Positions 59,958 to 64,000 of a DNA stretch of 64,000 nt are shown piece after piece; the first letter of the stretch is position 1; each line of letters begins with the position of its first letter. The notes below the pieces were generated by a model, which ran no database searches, had not been told where the DNA came from, and saw nothing but the letters and a program-made list of their open reading frames with translations. A program made the translations under genes and the position numbers. The stretch lies in IMG/VR virus record IMGVR_UViG_3300048694_001042, positions 1 to 64,000 of that record; one strand, given 5' to 3'. This DNA is from a virus.

Positions 59958-59984
59958 AAGCCCCTGTTTTAGGGGCTTTTTTTT
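59958..59984 (+). terminator. Intrinsic terminator
   Basis: AAGCCCCT / AGGGGCTT stem plus T run. Confidence 0.85.
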
Positions 59985-59986
59985 GG

Positions 59987-60249
59987 TTGACCAGTAATTC
60001 CCGTTTTGTTATAATTTGAACATGGAAACACTAGCAAAACAAATTTTTCAAGAGAATCCCATCATTGCATCCGAGAGCATGTTGCTGAGTCTGGGGTTTG
60101 AACGTATGCGAAAAGAACAAGGATCCAAGGCTGCTCGTTATTACTTTTGGTATGACGAGGACTTCCCTGCAGACTATGTCAGTGAGTACTTTTGGCTGCA
60201 ACGTCAGGTTCGAATCGGGGTTGACCAATAATTCCCATTTTGCTATAAT
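59987..60249 (+). promoter_or_regulatory. Two further copies of the TTGACC-17-TATAAT promoter repeat
   Basis: 59987-60015 and 60221-60249; the latter is identical to 9921-9949. Confidence 0.85.
60022..60231 (+). CDS. Small leaderless early protein
   Basis: ATG 6 nt after TATAAT; stop lies inside the next promoter repeat. Confidence 0.6.
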   Translation: METLAKQIFQENPIIASESMLLSLGFERMRKEQGSKAARYYFWYDEDFPADYVSEYFWLQRQVRIGVDQ

Positions 60250-60258
60250 TACACTACT

Positions 60259-60417
60259 ATGAAGCCCATACAGTTTACACTGCCGCCTGTTAAGGAACGT
60301 CGACACCGTGCTCTATTCGATCGCGACTTGCCGTTCCGCGGACGTGTGGAAAAAAGCAAAACTGAGTATCAACGCAAACCCAAACATCGAGGCCGAGATG
60401 ATAACCTTCACTCCTGA
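60259..60417 (+). CDS. ArfA-like alternative ribosome-rescue factor (52 aa)
   Basis: Read by hand: ALFDRDLPFRGRVEKSKTEYQRKPKH resembles the ArfA core. Confidence 0.55.
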   Translation: MKPIQFTLPPVKERRHRALFDRDLPFRGRVEKSKTEYQRKPKHRGRDDNLHS

Positions 60418-60616
60418 ACAAGAACAGTTCATGCAACTAACCCAAACTCGTTCGTACTATCAAGGTATGCGCGAAGGTGTTGAGTTATATGCACACTGGC
60501 GGGACGGTGTACAGTATGTGGGTACCACTGGCCGCACTCTCAAGCAAGCTCTTGCTGATATCAACAGTGAAGAAGCACAGAGCATGGCTCGTTGCGATCG
60601 ATTGAAGGTGATATGA
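60398..60616 (+). CDS. Hypothetical protein
   Basis: YAHWRDGVQYVGTTG motif; ATG 60398. Confidence 0.6.
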   Translation: MITFTPEQEQFMQLTQTRSYYQGMREGVELYAHWRDGVQYVGTTGRTLKQALADINSEEAQSMARCDRLKVI

Positions 60617-60939
60617 GCAACTCTAAACGCAGAAGCCACTCTAAGCGCAAAACCACGCGAGTACGAGTTGCCCAGGCTGAGTCCGTCGATTGGTGGACCG
60701 AGCCCAACATTGAATTCAAAAAGCACGAGCTCATTCCACGGACCAAAGATGTTTTTGGTGAGCCCGGAATCCAAGCAGGCCGTCGTTGGTTCTACAAAAC
60801 CAATCGTGAATATTTCTACAATCGAACGCCAACACTCAACGGTGGCTGGGTGAGCGTTTCCAGAACGCGAATGTTTCTTGACTTCTATTTCAAACGTCCA
60901 GAGGATGCCACATGGTTTCAACTAAAGTGTATGGGCTGA
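60613..60939 (+). CDS. Hypothetical protein
   Basis: Coupled ORF ending YFKRPEDATWFQLK. Confidence 0.55.
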   Translation: MSNSKRRSHSKRKTTRVRVAQAESVDWWTEPNIEFKKHELIPRTKDVFGEPGIQAGRRWFYKTNREYFYNRTPTLNGGWVSVSRTRMFLDFYFKRPEDATWFQLKCMG

Positions 60940-61391
60940 TTGCAGCCTTGGTGTTGACCACAGCTGGTTGCACTACCAATCGTGCTCCGCCTGTTGATGT
61001 GAGACTCGTCCCTAATGATTGTGTTAACCGCCAACTGATAATAAACTATCTCAGTGAGCAAGCCGCACTGCCCCGCGGAACCCTTGAAAGCCAACAAGAC
61101 TATGAACGTACTCGCGCAGAAATTCGTCAACGTATTTGGACCATGCGTTATTATTGCCAGCCTGTGTAGTGGTTGTGCAACAGGAACACCCAGCCGCGTG
61201 GCCATTGATCCCTATGACTTGAATTACTTTCAACCTGATTGCAGTCAAAAGGCACAGCAAATTGCATTTTTACAAAGTCTCCGCCGCAGTCCTGAAGATC
61301 GAGCATTCACGCTCAGTGGCTGGTTTGGTGTGGACGATCAAGTAAACTGGACCATTAACTCTCACATACTGTATCTCAAACAATACTGCTA

Positions 61392-61952
61392 ATGAAAAAA
61401 TTATTGTTATTGATTGCCTTGCCTGCTGTGGTTTCAGCGCAACAATGCGTGTTGCAAGACCGTACAGTGACTCGAGGTACTGTAGTCATCCAAGAGCGCA
61501 GTGAAATGCGAGCCGAAGTGGTACCAGCGTTTAACGGTGGCCGCAAGTGTATGGCCAGCTTTCGAGTACGAATTGGTGGCGAATGGCACAGCGCATTTGG
61601 TGAATACGAATGGCCTGGCGACCGACCCAGAGAAGAAGCCTGTGCTGTGGCTGTGAAACGTGCTGAAGATTCTGTGCGCGAGCGTGTGAGCCGGACTCAA
61701 GTTGTGACAGAAAAGACGTTGATTTGTTCAGACAATCCGGACCACCAAACCTTGCGGTCCATGAATCCTGGAACTATTGGCAAACTCAGCCAGTTCCGAC
61801 CCCATCCTGATTTACCTCGTGAGTTTTGGCATAACGGTGCCCCATGCAGGTTCTTTTTGGATAGCACCTATACCGGATCCGATGTAAGGACTTGGCAAGG
61901 TGTGATTTGTAAGCTACAAGACTCAAATTGGGTAGTGGTTGACAAATTTTAA
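61392..61952 (+). CDS. Exported Cys-containing protein
   Basis: Signal peptide MKKLLLLIALPAVVSA. Confidence 0.7.
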   Translation: MKKLLLLIALPAVVSAQQCVLQDRTVTRGTVVIQERSEMRAEVVPAFNGGRKCMASFRVRIGGEWHSAFGEYEWPGDRPREEACAVAVKRAEDSVRERVSRTQVVTEKTLICSDNPDHQTLRSMNPGTIGKLSQFRPHPDLPREFWHNGAPCRFFLDSTYTGSDVRTWQGVICKLQDSNWVVVDKF

Positions 61953-61999
61953 TTTTGGTGCTATACTACATTATCCTCAACTAACCTGAAAGGTTTGAA

Positions 62000-62824
62000 A
62001 TGAAAGTTTATCGTTTGTTACTTGTTGCAGTCACTGCCAATTTGGTTGCCTGCGCCAGCGCCCAAAAAGCTGAAACTGTGGTTGCTCCGCAACCGGTTGC
62101 ATCGGCACCGGCACCGGCACCGGCGGCGGCTGCTCCTGCTCCGCATCCTTATGCATTGCCCCCACAGGCCATGCGTACTGTGACCCCTGCTCCGGCGTGG
62201 TTCATTCAACTGCCTGAGAGTACTGCCGAAATGGTGTTTGCCGCGGCAACTGCTACCAGCGTAGACGAGCAAATGGCTTACAGCAAGGCTCGCATGTTTG
62301 CAGAACAAAAGCTGGTTGAACAAACTCGATCAGTGATTCGCACTCAGACCAAGAGCTACCGCAACGACACAGGTGCCGCCATGGTAGAGAGTTTTGAAAC
62401 TGTGGTTCGCAAAAACGCCAATGGTGAGCTGATTGGTGCCCAGCGTGTGGACAGCCAAGTCACGTTTGACGGACGTCAGTACAAGGTCTACGTGTTGTTG
62501 CGTTTGCCACTAGGCGATGCTAACGTACTGGCCAAAGAACGCGAATCTGCAAAACTGCGTCGAGAAGCTGAACTACGAAGTGGCCGTGCCCAGCAAGATC
62601 TTGACCGAGCAGTGGATGCTGAAAAGCAAGAGCAAGAAAAAGCTGACCAAAATCTACGCAAAGAAGTTGGTCCTCGAGCCGAAAGTGCCGTGCCCACTGT
62701 GTCTGTGCCAGTTTCGCAAGGTGAGCTCAAGCTTTTGGATGTAGAAAACGCTGAATACAAAGCTCGTCGGGCAGAAGCACTGGAAAAGCCCGGGGCAGTG
62801 ATAGGACAAACTACCCTACGATAA
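62000..62824 (+). CDS. Lipoprotein (LPP20-like)
   Basis: Lipobox LVAC; P.WF motif; TTGACA-17-TATACT promoter at 61939-61967. Confidence 0.65.
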   Translation: MKVYRLLLVAVTANLVACASAQKAETVVAPQPVASAPAPAPAAAAPAPHPYALPPQAMRTVTPAPAWFIQLPESTAEMVFAAATATSVDEQMAYSKARMFAEQKLVEQTRSVIRTQTKSYRNDTGAAMVESFETVVRKNANGELIGAQRVDSQVTFDGRQYKVYVLLRLPLGDANVLAKERESAKLRREAELRSGRAQQDLDRAVDAEKQEQEKADQNLRKEVGPRAESAVPTVSVPVSQGELKLLDVENAEYKARRAEALEKPGAVIGQTTLR

Positions 62825-62830
62825 ACGGCT

Positions 62831-62867
62831 TATAAATAAAAGCGGCTCCCGGGCCGCTTTTATTTTT
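62831..62867 (+). terminator. Terminator-like hairpin overlapping a TATAAATA late promoter
   Basis: AAATAAAAGCGGC / GCCGCTTTTATTT; TATAAATA 62831-62838. Confidence 0.6.
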
Positions 62868-62875
62868 GGCAAATC

Positions 62876-63448
62876 ATGGCAAACGACATCGACACATCAG
62901 ATAAATCCCCAGGACAACTGCTACAAGAAAACGGAATGTATGTTTTCATGGGCGAAGTTGACCATGACAATATCAAGCCGATCATAGAGTGGATCTTGCA
63001 CGAAAACTACGTGGTCAAGAAAAAGAAAAAAGAACTGCTGTTGATGATTTGCAGTGATGGTGGCAGTGTGGAAAGTGCGTTTGCTCTAATCGACGTGATG
63101 CGTAGCAGTAACATACATATCAAAACAGTGGGACTGGGGCAGATAGCAAGTGCAGGACTTCTGATATTCTTAGCAGGGTCTCCGGGACGCAGAGTGCTCA
63201 CTCCCAACACATCAATATTGAGCCATCAGTTCAGTTGGGGCTCAGATGGCAAGGCACATGAACTGTTTGCCACAATCAAAGAGTTTGAGCTTACTCACAA
63301 ACGCATGGTCCAACACTATCGAGACACCACAGGCTTGGATGACGAGGAAATTAAAAAGACCTTGCTTCCCCCGCATGATGTGTGGCTCACAGCAGAAGAA
63401 GCGTTGGAATACAATATCTGCGACGCAATTTCAGAAATTCAACGCTGA
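62876..63448 (+). CDS. clpP: ClpP protease
   Basis: ICSDGGSV, GQIASAG (Ser), SHQ (His), HDVWLTAEEALEY (Asp). Confidence 0.88.
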   Translation: MANDIDTSDKSPGQLLQENGMYVFMGEVDHDNIKPIIEWILHENYVVKKKKKELLLMICSDGGSVESAFALIDVMRSSNIHIKTVGLGQIASAGLLIFLAGSPGRRVLTPNTSILSHQFSWGSDGKAHELFATIKEFELTHKRMVQHYRDTTGLDDEEIKKTLLPPHDVWLTAEEALEYNICDAISEIQR

Positions 63449-64000
63449 CGACGTTCTCTACCCAGTGTACCAGCATCGGTTTTAGGGCCGGCTGCGGAAC
63501 GTGCAGTTTTTACTCCTGGACCTGTGAGTCTAGTAGGCTCTTCAGGTGCAACGCCGCCAGCACTGGCTTTTAAGTTTGGTCGGCGATCCATGGCTCGTTC
63601 CAGTGACTGTGCGCTGACAGGATCGTCCCACTTGGCTCTGCGATACTCAGTCAGTTTTTCCAGCAACGGTTCTTTTTCAATATAGTTACGAACATACAAA
63701 CCACTGGGGCGATTTTCAATCTTCATTCTGACTGTGAGCAATTTGTTTTTGGGATTGCCACGCTCGTGAATCACAACTTCGGGCCAAGTTTTGCTGTCAT
63801 TGTAGGTAGCACCCAAATCAACTGTTTGAAGTTTTCTCACCAGGTTGTTGAATCTCAAGACCTTGAACCCACCTTTGTCAAAGTCCACTAGTTCGACCTT
63901 GGGGTCTCCCAGTGTAGCAAAGTGTGTGATTCCTCTAGCAATGCTGTCAATCATGCCAGCTTCTTCTTTGGCGCTGGCATTTTTTAATTCTGTATCAATT
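63439..64000 (-). CDS. 5'-truncated hypothetical protein ending LGRERRQR
   Basis: Frame stays open to the window end. Confidence 0.6.
   Translation of the reverse strand, partial: IDTELKNASAKEEAGMIDSIARGITHFATLGDPKVELVDFDKGGFKVLRFNNLVRKLQTVDLGATYNDSKTWPEVVIHERGNPKNKLLTVRMKIENRPSGLYVRNYIEKEPLLEKLTEYRRAKWDDPVSAQSLERAMDRRPNLKASAGGVAPEEPTRLTGPGVKTARSAAGPKTDAGTLGRERRQR

Noticed and set aside
194-63573. Many short overlapping or antisense ORFs in the six-frame track
   Set aside because: They lie within well-supported genes, lack start signals and show no recognisable motifs.
1-64000. Stop-codon reassignment, introns or inteins
   Set aside because: Core genes (uvsX, helicase, nrdA, nrdB, ligase, dnaK) are full length and uninterrupted in the standard code, and TAG is used as a stop (31609, 61169).

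Overview
This window is a gene-dense segment of a large T4-related (jumbo-type) tailed dsDNA phage, almost all on the + strand. The likely host is an aquatic proteobacterium (inferred from DnaK, ClpX, AceA and a phasin-like gene). It contains: a replication/recombination module (gp32-like SSB, UvsX, UvsY, UvsW, primase, DnaB-like helicase, a 192-aa DnaE-like core, DNA ligase, PD-(D/E)xK nuclease); a glycosyltransferase cluster; probable head and tail proteins (PAAR, beta-helix fibre); class Ia RNR split by an isocitrate lyase insertion; a proteostasis/translation block (clpX, rpsU, dnaK, hsp20, clpS, clpP, an ArfA-like ORF); and accessory genes (fatty-acid desaturase, UDP-glucose dehydrogenase, UvsE, phasin-like protein, exported proteins). 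The most unusual features are: (1) an ORF built from unrelated 50-76-aa modules joined by a DNA-conserved AAGGTGTGGCGGAA (GVAE) junction, a candidate in-frame cassette/polyprotein system; (2) a shared two-hairpin ROSE-like 5' leader on dnaK, hsp20 and the phasin-like gene, the last also carrying a PhaR-type box; (3) a ~160-nt structured RNA behind its own consensus promoter; (4) near-identical promoter repeats that bracket single genes; (5) widespread apparently leaderless genes; (6) a nucleotidyltransferase-ligase fusion that looks virion-packaged. I saw no tRNA, rRNA, CRISPR array, intron or intein. All calls come from motif recognition by eye; no searches or folding programs were run.
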